Of a DNA stretch of 64,000 bases, positions 13,580 through 28,723 are shown in pieces. The DNA comes from the human T2T-CHM13v2.0 reference genome, Homo sapiens. The notes beneath the pieces were generated by a model. That model did no database searches and was not told the origin of the DNA. It saw only the letters and a list, made by a program, of their open reading frames with translations. Numbering within the stretch: position 1 is the stretch's first letter; the number at the start of each line of letters is the position of its first letter. The stretch lies in assembly GCF_009914755.1 (NCBI RefSeq), contig NC_060936.1; one strand, given 5' to 3'. Both the position numbers and the translations under genes were made by a program.

Positions 13580-14250
13580 ATACTATACTATACATCTGGG
13601 ATTAGCATAGACGCAACAAGTCAAGGGCTCAGTCCCACAAGACTGAAGTCCCCACTTCAGATGCCAGTCACAAATCAGGCCTCCAGTATTTCTGGACTGA
13701 CTGGCTATAAATTGGGTTCCCATGACTCCCTCCTCAGATTTGATAATTTGCATAAGTTGCTCACAGAACACAGGGAAACACTTTACTTACATTTTTCAGT
13801 TTATTATAAAGGATACAACTCAGGAACAGCCAGATGAAAGAGATGTATGGGAGGAGGTCTGAGTAGGGGAGTGTGGTTTCCATGCTCTCTCCAGGCATAC
13901 TACCCTCTCAGAACCTTAATGTCTCCACCAATCCAGAAACTCGTCAAATGTTGTTTCAGGAGGTTTTATAGAACTTAATATTCAGCACCTCATTCTCCTT
14001 TCTGGAGGTCAGTAAGAAGAGTTGAAAATTCCAGCTCTCTAATCACTTGGTCATTCTAGTCACCAGCCCCCTCCTGAGTTTATGCTATATAGGCTCCACT
14101 CCAGGTCACTTCATTGGCATAAACTCTGGTGTAGTCAAAAGGGACCTTTAATGAATGACAAAAAACAGTCCTATCACTCAGAAATTTTAAGCATTTTAGG
14201 AGCCTTGTGCCGTGAACCTGGGACAAAGACGGATTACACTTATACCACAA
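13580..14250 (-). mobile_element. MER21-family LTR
   Basis: aagggctcagtcccacaagactg ... tttattataaaggatacaactcaggaacagccagatg; explains ORF 13463..13837. Confidence 0.75.
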
Positions 14251-14773
14251 TAGGTCTAGCATTTTAAAAAGTTAACTAGTTTGCACATAGACACTTGGCG
14301 AATAGTTGATTGGTTATATAATCCCATCAAGGTATGCAAATAAACATGTATTATGGCATCTCTCATTGGCATATAAACTAGTATTTGCCCTATACCTGCT
14401 GTATAAGATTGAGTCTTGTCATGTTGATTTCTCTTTGCTGCAGTGTTTATCGCAGCTCAGCTTATCCCAGCTCTTCCCATTCCTGTCTACTATTCCTGTC
14501 TACTATCTGCTACCTATAGTAGCAGATTTTGGAGGTAATTTCTCTCCTTCCAGTTCTCTTCAAAGCCAGGACTATTAAAACAAACAAAAAAACCTTCTGA
14601 CTGTCAACTAGATAATGTTAAGAATCTTCCAAGTGACTATAATTTTAAAAAAATATATGAAATCATTTTATGTTCCCCTTAGAACTTGGAGAATGTCTAA
14701 TCTAGAAGTTTCAGAACTTTTTTTTTAGAAAGCAGCTAAACCTTTAATTGAAGAAATCTTGTATAAAGCTGCA

Positions 14774-15112
14774 TGTCCTGGGGTTCCTACATAAGCAAAC
14801 CCAAACCCAATTCAATGAAAACAGTGACATCAAACTTAAGTCTAACTAGAGACATTATCAGTTAGAAATCACCAACTGACCTCTAACTTGGGACCTTTTA
14901 CTGGATCATGATCAAATAAGGCAAATGCCTAGCTAGCTATGGCTGATCAAGTAATTGCTTTGCTTCCAAGTTCAGCCTGTTGAAACCCTCTGCTCATGCT
15001 CTGAAGCTGAGCTTGCTGAACCTCTTTTGGTTATTAGTGTTGTCAGATTCGTGAGTTGTCCTTTGCTCAGATAAACTCTGCTAAATTTAATTTGCTTAAA
15101 GTTTTTAATACC
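14774..15112 (+). mobile_element. MER57-like (MER4-group) ERV1 LTR
   Basis: caaataaggcaaatgcc ... ctttgctcagataaactctgctaaatttaatttgcttaaagttttt. Confidence 0.55.
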
Positions 15113-15160
15113 CAGTATCTAAAAACAAATAATGAAGTGCTTTGTTTAAGACGGGAATGA

Positions 15161-15524
<364 letters not shown>

Positions 15525-15765
15525 TTATTTTATCCAAATCCCGTTTTACGAAGGAGAGATCTGTACCCTATAGTAGTTAATTGACTTGTTAGGTGTACCC
15601 TAGGTAGGGGAGTGGCGGACTTTTATTCATTAGCCTCTCAGTCGTGGATTTTTTTCTATTATACCAAGCTGCTTCTAATGGAATTACTGCGTTCTTAAAA
15701 GTTACAATGACACACATACATATTTTTAAATTAGTATTGCTTTTCTTGGTAGAAATAGCAATTAA

Positions 15766-16106
<341 letters not shown>

Positions 16107-17042
16107 AAATTACAGGATTTTAAAGAGTTTAATGAACTAAATATTTGTATGTTGAAAATATATTTAATATATAATAGCAAATTTTTAGCTTAAAAATTAT
16201 TATCTATGTTAGATATGCTTATTTATATGAACATGTTAAAAATATGTTTTATAATTAGAACTGTTACTCCTAGGCCTATTGATAGTTGTGATTATCTTGA
16301 TAGAGTGTTGTCATTTGTCACATTGACAAGGTACTAGTCCTAGAGATAAACCAGTATCCAGTCTGTTTAAAAGTGAGAAATAAAGTTCTTTATTACAAAA
16401 TTTGTTAGGTAATAAAGCAGGTTGGAGATTTTCATATATACCTTTTCTTTAGTGAGTATAACTCTGCCACTGTAGAATTATTTGAGATATGTTTAGTTAA
16501 AGGCATATTTTAAAAAATAGATACCTTTTACTAAGGAAATAAAAACAACCTTATCGGAGGCACAAAACAGATACTTACATAGGTTAATTTTAATATGTTA
16601 CTGGAAAAAAAAAGTCTAATTTCCAGTAACATTTTTAAGCTCGCATTTGGCAATGTCAGTGAAACAAACTGAGAATACAATTTAATCATTATGTACAGTA
16701 AATGAGGTCTCTGGGCATGAAAATAAAATTAAAGTTTCTTGAAAACTTTATGATAGTAATCCTCAGAAAGAGACTTATTTTTATTCTATGAATATTATTG
16801 GTATGTAAAAGCAATGTATTTGTCCATAGTAAAAAAGAATAGCATTTTGCCGTAGCACATTTTCAAAGTTTTTTCAAGTTATGTTATTACCTTTTGGATA
16901 TTATGTTGCCCTCATCTGTGTTTTTACTTATTATTGGAAGGCTCTTGCTTATAATATTTGACTTATTTTTCTTCTCTACTTTGTCTTTCCATTCTGGATT
17001 GGAAGTCCTTCAGGATGACAGGCTATATTTTGTATACATGCA

Positions 17043-17290
17043 CAGTGATGCTCTGAGCTATAGTGGAGCCTGAAGCAAAAGGAAGAGTTAGTGATTCTGA
17101 TGCTGTCTCTGTTTTAAAATGTTGATGTTTGGTTCATGGGTGTGTGTGTGTGTGTGTGTGTGTTTTGTTGCATTGGTTTTGTTTTAAAAATATTCCATTA
17201 AAACGTTGTTGTTTTTGTTGTTGTTGATCTTGATTACTGCGTTTTTTGACAACCTCTTTAACGTTGCACATGTCTTACCCTATCCTGGGT
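17043..17290. mobile_element. MER96B-like hAT MITE containing (TG)n at 17140-17163
   Basis: gcaaaaggaagagttagtgattctgatgctgtctctgttttaaaatgttgat ... tcttgattactgcgttttttg. Confidence 0.6.
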
Positions 17291-18904
17291 GGGGTCCAAG
17301 TGTACATTGTAGAGAGCTTTATGTATAGCAGGCTCTCAATACATGTTTTGTTGGGTATATTATTCTGTTCTCCCTGAAAGATGTGATCAAGTTTTTATTC
17401 TTTTTCAGGTATCTTACAGCCATATAGATGTCAAAGTTGGAGTTTAAAAAAATTATTTTCCTTGTGGTTGGAGAGAATAGAATCAGAAAAGAAAATTTAG
17501 AAATAAGAAAGTGTTACTGGCTTAGAAGTATTTTACTTTACCTTAACCCCACTGAATATAGAGCATAGAGAGATTGAAAACTGGAATTCTGTGGAGAAAT
17601 TAAATAGAAAAGATTTAAAGAAATTAAATGGATAAGTCTTATGTATTGGCTTGCTTTGTCAGTTATTCAGAACATTGTGTATACTCAAAATACTAAACCT
17701 ACTCAAGCTACTCTATTTTAATGGAGTTTGAGAACAACCTCTTAAAAAATCATTTAGTGAACTATCTGCAGTATATTGTGAATCTTGGCTTAAGAATGAT
17801 GTATATTTCTTTCTTCTAATGTGGGTATATAATTATAAATGTTAAAGTGTATTTTAACATTGGCTATAGCATTTTCATAAGGAATTAAGCATTTACTTGT
17901 TGAAAGATTATATGCTAAGCAGAATTTGCTTGTGTAAAACTTTTAAATTCCTTTTCATTGAAAATATTCAGATTGATAGTCTTCTAAATTTATGGTTCAA
18001 ACAAATTAGTTTTAGAACTTTCCACAAAATTTGAATGGCTAGAGTAAGCTAAATAGCTTTTTCCTCTAGTAAAATACTCTCAACTTGGTATGATTAAGTA
18101 TCAGTGGTAGGTGGTTTATCAGAGGCAAGAGAGCATATATTGTTCTAAGGATTTCTTTCCAAATCTTTTATGATTTATCCTTTTATTTATATTTACACAT
18201 ATGTTTGTCAAAAATATCAGAAACACAGCATTTTCAACAGATGTTATTGGAACTGAACAAACTCAGTTTTTCGGTTTTTATATAAAAGAAACAATTGTAT
18301 TTTAGTGCTATGTTATATTGAGGAAATTGACTATATATACCAAATTTTGTATTTTTAATAGAAAATTACAGCATGTAAACTTTGAATAGATGTAATATTC
18401 TTTGAAACTCATTTAAATTTTTATGTAAATTAAATTTTATATATATGGATTTTTATATAAAATCTTTTTAAAAGGATATTAACATTTTTAGGCCTATTCA
18501 AGCAGATTTACCTTTTATCAGCACTGCTGTATTCCTTATTCATCTAATGGTAGTTCAGAGCATGAAGAAGTTTAGGAAAGGTGATATCTGAGAATAATAG
18601 AAAAATAATATCCATAGGTTCCTTCCTTTAGGGCCTTAGAGTTTATCTGAGGAATAGAGTAGTGCATGTGATGAAGGTTTTAAAGTAGAGTGTTAGAGCT
18701 GTGGGTCATACTAGAATAATAGAAAAATTGGTCAGAGAGAATGAGTTGATCTGATGATGAGGTAAGAGAGTTCTGTGGAGCTGAAGATTAGTTTCAGTTG
18801 CTAAGTTGTTACTTGTTTCTAATCTTACAGATTGTTTTAGCTTGAGAATGTGTAAAATGGGTAGATCTCTTTGAACAAGCTTTTTCCCTAAAGAGTGTAG
18901 ACTT

Positions 18905-19240
<336 letters not shown>

Positions 19241-19355
19241 TTATTTCAGTAATTAGCATTTCTCAAACAACACAAAAGCACTACTATAAAATATAGAAAT
19301 ATTTTCTGTACCTCTTTTTTCAATTCTTGCCTGTGTGTGATTTTCTTTTTAACAG

Positions 19356-19459
19356 GAAATCAAACCCCAAAGCCATTATAACCATGGATATGGTGAACCT
19401 CTTGGACGGAAAACTCATATTGATGATTACAGCACATGGGACATAGTCAAGGCTACACA
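19356..19459 (+). CDS. ZDHHC17: Exon 2 (EIKPQSHYNHGYGEPLGRKTHIDDYSTWDIVKATQ)
   Basis: ttttaacag|GAA acceptor, CA|gtaagg donor; 104 nt, phase 0 to 2. Confidence 0.95.
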
Positions 19460-19582
19460 GTAAGGTTTTTGTTGTAGTTGTTTTCTTTGGCATGTGTATT
19501 TCAAGTGAAATATGAATCTGAATAACAGTCATATTACTTTGGGAAAAACATCAGTATATCTCAATTAAAAAATTAGTTTATG

Positions 19583-19903
<321 letters not shown>

Positions 19904-20341
19904 TTATTTCCCATTGGATAATTGAATAGGTCTGTTTGCTTTTGGTACTTGCTGATCTTTCCAGAAGTATACTATTAGGCCCTGAGAATATTAAGGTTAC
20001 TTATGGTGAGTTGGAAAACATTGTTGGAATTAAAGCACTTTAAATGGAAACCATCAGTGTGCATCCAATATTCTCCCGCCCGCAACCAGGTACACAGATT
20101 AGAAATAAAACGTAGTTAATGTCATATTTACTTATTTAACCCGTGCTAAGGGAAATATCACAGTTTTCTAAAATATCGTCAAAATACCAGATTATCAGTC
20201 TTCGAGATAGGCAAAGGAAAAGGACAAATCTGACTTTTTATAATGCAAAGTATATGGAAGTTGAAATAACAACAGTTATTTTCATCTGCAAAGAGGAGAA
20301 ACTAGTTCATAGATTCTTGAGCTTTAAGAATTGTCTGAAAT

Positions 20342-21070
20342 TGGACAGATGTGGAAGTTCATGCCTGTAATCCTAAAACTTTGGGAGGCCAATGTGGGAA
20401 CATCACTTGAGATCAGGAGTTTGAGACCAGCTTGGGCAATAGAATGAGACCCTGTCTCTGCAAAAAAAGAAAAAAAAAAAAAGTAGGGCATTGTATTACT
20501 CCGTTCTCTCACTGCTATAAAGAAATACCTGACACTGGATAATTTATGAAGAAAAGAGGTTTAATTGGCTTATGATTCTGCAGGCTGTACAGGAAGCATA
20601 GCGGCTTCTGCTTCTGAGGAGTCTTCAGGAAACTTTACAATCATGGTGGGAGGTGAAGGGGAAGCAGGTACATCTGAACCTGGCTGGAGCATGAGGAAGA
20701 GAGAGTGGGGAGGAGGTATTGCACATTTCCAAACAACCAAATCTCATGAGAACTCTATGACAAGAACAGTACCAAAGGGATGGTGCCAAAGCATTCATTA
20801 AGGATCCACCCCCTTGATCCAGTCACCTCTCACCAGGCCCCATCTCCAACATTGGGGATTACAATTGAACATAAGATTTGGGTGTGGACACAGATCCAAA
20901 CCATGTCAGGCGTGATGGCACACTCCTGTGGTCCCAGCTACTCGCAAGGCTGAGGTGGGAGGACCGCTTGTGCCTGGGAATTCGAGGCTGCAGTGAGATA
21001 TAGTCATGCCAATACACTCCAGCCTGGGCAAAGGAGTGAGACCCCATCTCAAAAAAAACAAGCAAAAAAA
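20342..21070 (+). mobile_element. AluJ split by an MSTA-like LTR
   Basis: Left monomer to 20491; right monomer resumes at 20909. Confidence 0.85.
20492..20908 (-). mobile_element. MSTA/THE1-type solo LTR
   Basis: TGTATTA ... CAGATCCAAACCATGTCA; 5-bp TSD ggcat/ggcgt. Confidence 0.88.
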
Positions 21071-21720
21071 GAATTCTCTGAAGTTCATTGCATCCCACAG
21101 AATTAATAGTCATATTTCCTTAGGATGTGTATTTTTCTTGGTCTTTTTGATCATCTGCATATTTACTTCAAGAAGAAAGCATAAAGTGGTATCTGTTATG
21201 CCAGTAGGTCAACTAAGTAAAACAATATTTTTTATTTGTTTTGTGAAATTATGAAATAACTCTTTCTTAATATAAAGACTTGGTGTGCTTTTGGTCTCTT
21301 AATATCCATTCTGTAGAGTTCTGGAAACCTTAACACTACTCAGTGCAAACCAAATTTCAGAATAATGTGATCTTTATTACAACTTGCTGAGGACATGTGA
21401 ATTACTTAACATTCTTACCTGGGCTCCAGGAAGAGCTTCAGACTTCCCTGAATGCCTTGGAATTATATACAGAATTCTGCGTGTTGGAGCATGTTTCTGG
21501 GTAGAGTCTGTGACTTTCATTGCATTTTTGAAGAGGTCTGTGATCACCAAAAAGATTAAAAATGATCTGAACAATTTGATTTTAAGGTGATCTCATCTTT
21601 TGCGTGAGCTTTGAGTGCAACAACATAGAGAAATCCAGTGACAGCTATAAAGATTGTGTTTCTGTTTTCTTTTGTAGGTTTGTTTGTTTTTAGGTTTAAA
21701 TAGGCTATCTTATCTAAATA

Positions 21721-22029
21721 CAGGTTGAGTCCCTTATTCAAAATGCCTGGGACCAGAAGTGTTTTGGATTTTGGATTTTTTTGGATTTTGGAATATTTGC
21801 ACATACACAATGAGAGATCTTTGGGGTGGGACTCAAGTCTAAACATGTTTGTTTATGTTTCATATACACATAGCCCGAAGGTACTTTTATACAATGTTTT
21901 TTATGTTTTATGCACCTGTCACATGAGGTCGTGTGTAGTATCTTCCATGTGTGGTATCATGTGCTCAAAAAGTTTAGGATTTTGGAATACTTCATGTTTT
22001 GGATTTTTGAATTAGAGATGCCCAACCTG
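21721..22029 (-). mobile_element. Tigger4 (Zombi/MER46) MITE
   Basis: TA-CAGGTTGAG ... CCCAACCTG-TA termini. Confidence 0.85.
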
Positions 22030-22799
22030 TACATGGTTTTTATTAGAATGATACATGTAATCTTGTTTTTTCTACACATAAAGCAACAACAGAAACTAGA
22101 CAGACAAAACCCCAAAGTTTGTGTCTTCAGAATGTCGTTTATTTTGTTCGTAGTCTTCCCTTTTCCACTTGATATTTGCTTAGGAATTGTTAATTATTTA
22201 CAGTGGGAAGAAGAGGCACAGTACTACATTTTGATACATAAGTTCAATTCACTTTTAAAAATACATGAATCCAGGCTGGCCACAGTTTCCTTAAGTTCTG
22301 TGTTTCCTTACTTACGTCTAGTTCTTGCATCCATTATTGAGAGTTGTGGTATTGAAGTCTCTAGCTCTTACTGTAGAACTATCTGTTTCTCTCTTCAGTT
22401 CTGTCAATTTTTGCTTCAAATATTTTGATGATGTTATTAGGTTAAATGTTCAATGCTTTTAATTTATAATTGTTGTATCTTCTTGCTGCATTGAACCTTT
22501 TATTAATATGTAATGTCTTTGTCTTTTGTAACCATTCTTGATTTAAAGTTTATTGTCTGATATTAGTGTAGCCACTCTTGCTCTCCTCTGGTTACTATTT
22601 GCATGGAATTTCTTTTTTCATCCTTTAATTTCCCACTCATTTGCCTTTGGATCTAAAGTGTGTCTGTTGTAGATAGCGTATAGTTGGGTCTTTTTTACCC
22701 CAGTCTGTTCTGCCAAACTGTCTTTGGGTTGGAGAGTTTAATCCATTTACATTTAAAGTAATTACTAATAAAGAGGGACTTCTGTCATTTTGCCATTTC

Positions 22800-23101
22800 T
22801 TTTTTTTTTTTTTTTTTTTTTTAGACAGAGTCTTGCTCTATCGCCTAGGCTGGAGTGCCATGGCGCAATCTCAGCTCATTGCCATCTCCGCCTACTGAGT
22901 TCAAGCAATTCTCCTGCCTCAGCCTCCTAAGTAGCTGGGATTTCAGGCATGCACCACCACGCCCAGCTAATTTTTGTATTTTTAGTAGAGACGGGGTTTC
23001 ACCATGTTGGTCAGGCTGGTCTCAAACTCCTGACCTCGTGATCCACCCTCCTCGGCCTCCCAAAGTGCTGGGATTACAGGCGAGAGCCACCGCACCTGGC
23101 C
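22800..23101 (-). mobile_element. AluS
   Basis: Poly(T) followed by an antisense dimer. Confidence 0.92.
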
Positions 23102-23287
23102 AGCATTTGTTTTCTATATGCCATATAGCTTTTTTTCCCTCTCATTTCCTGCATTACTGTTTTTTTTTTGTGTGTTTAGTTCAATTTTTGTAGTGAAATG
23201 TTTAAGTTTCTCATTCCTTTCGTGTATGTCCTATAGCTACTTTTTTTTGCGGATACTATGGATATTACATTTAACATCCTAAAGTTG

Positions 23288-23586
<299 letters not shown>

Positions 23587-24779
23587 TCCTAAAGTTATAA
23601 CACTAATTTGAATTTATGTTACTGAATTTATACAGATTAATGCCAATAACTTAATAAACTGTGCTCCTTTACAGCCTCATCTATACGCTTTTTAGTTGTT
23701 GATGTCACAGAACTGCATATGTATACATTGTATTTCCAACAGACATAAAGTAATAATTATTTTAAATGCATTGGTCTCTAAAATTATATAGAAACAATAT
23801 GTAGACACACAGACCAAAATTACAATAATACTAGTGCTTAATAATTTTTAAATTAATGTATTAGTCTCTTAAATCAAGTAGAAAACAAAAAGCGGAGTTA
23901 CAAATTATTGTTACGTCATACTAGGTTTTGTAATTGCCCATGTATTGACTTTTTATTGAGATCTTTATTTTTTCATATGCCTTTGAGTTACTGTCTAGTG
24001 TCCCTTAATTTCACCTGGCAGGTCTCCTTTGTTCAATTCTTGCAGGGCAGGTCCAGTGGTAACAGATTCTCTCAGTCATTATTTGGGAATGTCTTAATTT
24101 CTTCCCCTCTTTTGAAGGACAATTTTGCTGAATATAGGATTTTTGGTTGGCATTGGTTTTCTTTTAGCGCTTTGGATATGTCAGCCTGTTACCTTCTGGC
24201 CTCCAAAGTTTCTGATGAGAAATCTTCTGATAATCTTATTGAGGATCCTTGTATGTGACCAGTTGCCTCTCTCTCGTTCCTTTCAAGGTTCTCTCTGTCT
24301 TTGTCTTTCAAAAGTTTGATTATAATATGTCTCAGTGTGGGTGTCTTGGAGTTCCTTTTACGTTGACTTCATTGATGTTTATATTCAAATTTAGGAAGTT
24401 TTCAGCTATTATTTTTTCAAATATTCTCTCTGTCCCTTTCTCTCTCTCTCTTTTTCTGGAACTTCCACAATGTGTGTGTTGTTCTACTTAATGGTGTCCC
24501 ACAGGTCCCTTAGACTGTCTTCACTTTCCTTCGGTCTTTTTTCTTTCTGCTCCTCACACTTGATAGTAATTGCTATTGCTTTGTCTTCATGTTTGCTGAT
24601 TCCTTCTTCTGTCTTTGAAGACATTTCTGTCTCATTTCTGTCTTTGAATCCATATAATGACTTCAGTTATTGTACGTTTTAGTTCTAGAATTTCTTTCTG
24701 GTTTCTTTTTAGGTATTTTATCTTTTTATGAGTGCAGGTGCTACGAGCTTACATTGATTTGAGTTTTCCACCACTGCAA

Positions 24780-25233
<454 letters not shown>

Positions 25234-25234
25234 T

Positions 25235-26367
25235 TCAGAGTCTGTCATTGTCCTTTCCCGCATTGTGGAGGTCACATCCCAGAGCAATCCCCTCGTTCTC
25301 TATAGGGAATATGAATCATTCCTCTTGCCTCTCTAGGCAAGGGGCAGAGTTCAGTAAGCCTGTGGGAGAATTCTCGACTTATACCCACATCATAAACGTC
25401 ATCTGCTGAGGCAATGGTAATTACTCAGCTCTCCATATACCCTGGGCTGATGATGTCTGGTGGTATTGTGGGAGAAGGAACCTCTGTAACTTGTTACCAT
25501 CCAGTTGGACCGGGACTTGTGCTTTAGTCCATTTGGCCATTCCCTTCACCCTGGTATTCCATAAGATAACCATAAATACAGATGGCCACCAAAACCAGAG
25601 AGATTTGACAAATTCTTTTAATCCCGTTATATATATGTTGACTTGATAGGAGTCCCTAGGGGGTGCATGATGAATTTAAGGCCCGAAACCAAATAGCTGC
25701 TGGGTTTGAATCAGCACTCTTCTGGTGGTCAACTATTAGTGAGAATGTGAATTGGATTACCTCCATCTATTATAATCCACAGATTCATCAGTTATACTTG
25801 GGATGCCCTCAAAGGGGTGACTAGCTAGTTAAATGCCATCAGCCGAATGGCCTGGAAAACCCAGCTTGCACTAGACATGATACTAGCAGAAAAAAAGGGG
25901 CATATGTGTGATGCTGGGTGGGAAATGTACTTTTATTCCCAACAATACTCTCCCAGATAGGATCATCACAAAAGCTTTACAAGGTTTGACAACTCTAGCT
26001 AGTGAGCTGGCAGAGAATGCTGGAATTGATGACCCATTTACAGGTTGGCTAAAAGGTTGGTTTGGAAAATGGAAAGGCATGGTAGCTTCAGTCCTTACAT
26101 CTCTCATAATTGTGGCAGAAGTCTTACCAGCAGTGGGATGTTGTATTATCCTTTGTGTGAGGGGACTAGCACAGAGATTAATTAAGACAGCTATTAATAA
26201 ACAAATGCCCATAACTTACCAGCAAAATAACCTGCTACTATTAAAAACCAAATTAGACTCACTCTCCTATGAGGAAGATAGTAAATGACTTCTAGAGTGA
26301 TTCAAGGACCAAAAGGGTTCAAATGAAAATGAAACTAAAAGAAGTAAATAGAAAAGAGAAGGGAATT
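25235..26367 (+). pseudogene. Decayed ERV1 env 3' half (SU end plus TM), PABL/PRIMA41/MER84-int-like
   Basis: DEFKARNQIAAGFESALFWW; ISD-like AWKTQLALDMILAEK; CVMLGGKC-TFIPNNT; TM segment in ORF 25908..26288; frameshifts and stops; polypurine tract at 26351-26365. Confidence 0.88.
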
Positions 26368-26815
26368 TGTGAGAAAACATTTTAAATGGTCCATTTTCAA
26401 GGCATGATAAACCTAAGCACTGGCAGCCAGCCTGCGAATGTAACAAATTACATGGCTTATGCACCTAGTGGGTCACAATAAGTGAACAGAATGTAGAGGA
26501 GGGGTCAGCCCATAAAAGGGAAGAAAGTTTCATTATTGTGAAATCAAAACTTAAGCGTGGAAAAGGACGGGGTAAGGGGGATAATAAAACTTAGGCGGCG
26601 TCTGGGAAGATTGCAACCCCATAGTACTCGACCAGTGAGGAGCTGGGGGAGGGACTTGTGTGCTAGGAGATAAATTGCCTGCTGTAGCTGCCCTGGGTGT
26701 GTCTGCCTACCAGACACCTGATATTACAAGACTGCTATTAAAAGTCTCACTTTCGCCTTTCCTCGTGCCTCTTGGTCCATTCTTTGGGTTTGGACTGATG
26801 AGTGTGTTTCTCACA
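26368..26815 (+). mobile_element. 3' LTR of the ERV1 (probably MER84)
   Basis: TGTGAGAAA...TTTCTCACA inverted termini directly after the PPT; ATTAAA at 26737-26742. Family name from memory. Confidence 0.8.
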
Positions 26816-27232
26816 CTGGGGCTTATATAACATCCTTTCTTCTTGATACTCTTCTAAATCATTTATATGCATCTTGTTACTGATTTTTATATATTTAATA
26901 TTTTTTAATATGTGTGTATTTTTTACAGTCTGCCTTAAGAGTTTGGTGGGATAAGTGGTAATAAAGCAACTGATTGAAATTTTATTTCTGGTATACTTTT
27001 TTCTTTCATATAGTGAGATTTTACATTCTTATAAGTGAGACATTTTAGAACTGTAAAATGGATTAGTAAAAGTTTTTGGAATGTTGACATTTTAAAAGTA
27101 ATATTCTATGTTGAGAAATACATTTTAATTTCCTAGTATCAAAATGAGGAATTATTTTCATCTCAAAATGTTATTTTTAACTTTACATTTCTTGTTAAAT
27201 AATAACAATGCCATATTTTCTTTCTTTTCTAG

Positions 27233-27355
27233 ATATGGAATATATGAACGCTGTCGAGAATTGGTGGAAGCAGGTTATGATGTACGGCAACCGGACAAAG
27301 AAAATGTTACCCTCCTCCATTGGGCTGCCATCAATAACAGAATAGATTTAGTCAA
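27233..27355 (+). CDS. ZDHHC17: Exon 3 ([41 protein letters not shown]), ankyrin repeats
   Basis: ttttctag|A acceptor, AA|gtatgt donor; 123 nt; visible in ORF 27144..27434. Confidence 0.96.
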
Positions 27356-27511
27356 GTATGTATTTTCTCTATTTTTAATTATTAGAACTTTTTATGGTTA
27401 TAAAATTAATAGAAGTAATTGTTATAAAAACTAATACTTTCTAAAATTCATGGCTTTTAGAAGATAGATTCTGTGTACCTTGTTTTTCTGAAAAAGAAAA
27501 ATTGCTTTTAA

Positions 27512-27735
27512 CTTATATTGAATGCTTATATTAGCCAAGTACTGTACTGAGTACTTTTCCATATATGTTTTCTTTACTTCTTAATTCTTAATATAACCGT
27601 ATATGAAATATAACAATTGTTACTGTCCTACTGCTGGCAAAACTGAAGCACAGACAGTTTAAATATACTACCCAGTGACCCACAGCTAATAAAGGTTGGA
27701 GTCAGGACCTGAACTCAGGCAGTCTGACTTGGTGT
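27512..27735 (-). mobile_element. MIR
   Basis: aaactgaagcacagacagtttaaatatactacccagtgacccacagctaat core. Confidence 0.7.
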
Positions 27736-28014
27736 TCACATTCCAAATGTGGATTCTGTGGAGAAAACAGCAAAAGGAAAGTTGAAATGATAATAGGTAA
27801 TAATAATCTGATTTAACTGTTCACACCAGCATAAGTGATGAATACTTTGCATACTAAGTGTAAAATGATTTTTATCCATCACTGTTAATGTTTGTTTAGT
27901 ATTAATAAGAAATAGTTAGATAATCAAGAGTCAGGATGATAGGAAATCTCAGCAAATCTTGTTTAGTAGTCTTTTGACACTTTGGACACAAAATATTTAC
28001 AGAAAGACATGAAA

Positions 28015-28723
<709 letters not shown>

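Noticed and set aside
13463-13837. 124-aa ORF
   Set aside because: Mostly antisense MER21 LTR sequence.
17391-17414. tttttcag|gtatct as a recursive splice site in intron 1
   Set aside because: The reconstituted donor lacks the GTRAG consensus, and such AGGT motifs are common in T-rich introns.
21910-22428. Longest ORF in the track (172 aa)
   Set aside because: Spans a Tigger4 end, unique T-rich DNA and an antisense L1 start; F/L/I-biased with no recognisable domain.
25908-26288. 126-aa Env TM ORF as a domesticated syncytin-like gene
   Set aside because: No signal peptide or SU; the fusion peptide and ISD lie in other frames behind frameshifts and stops, and the CX6CC motif is damaged.
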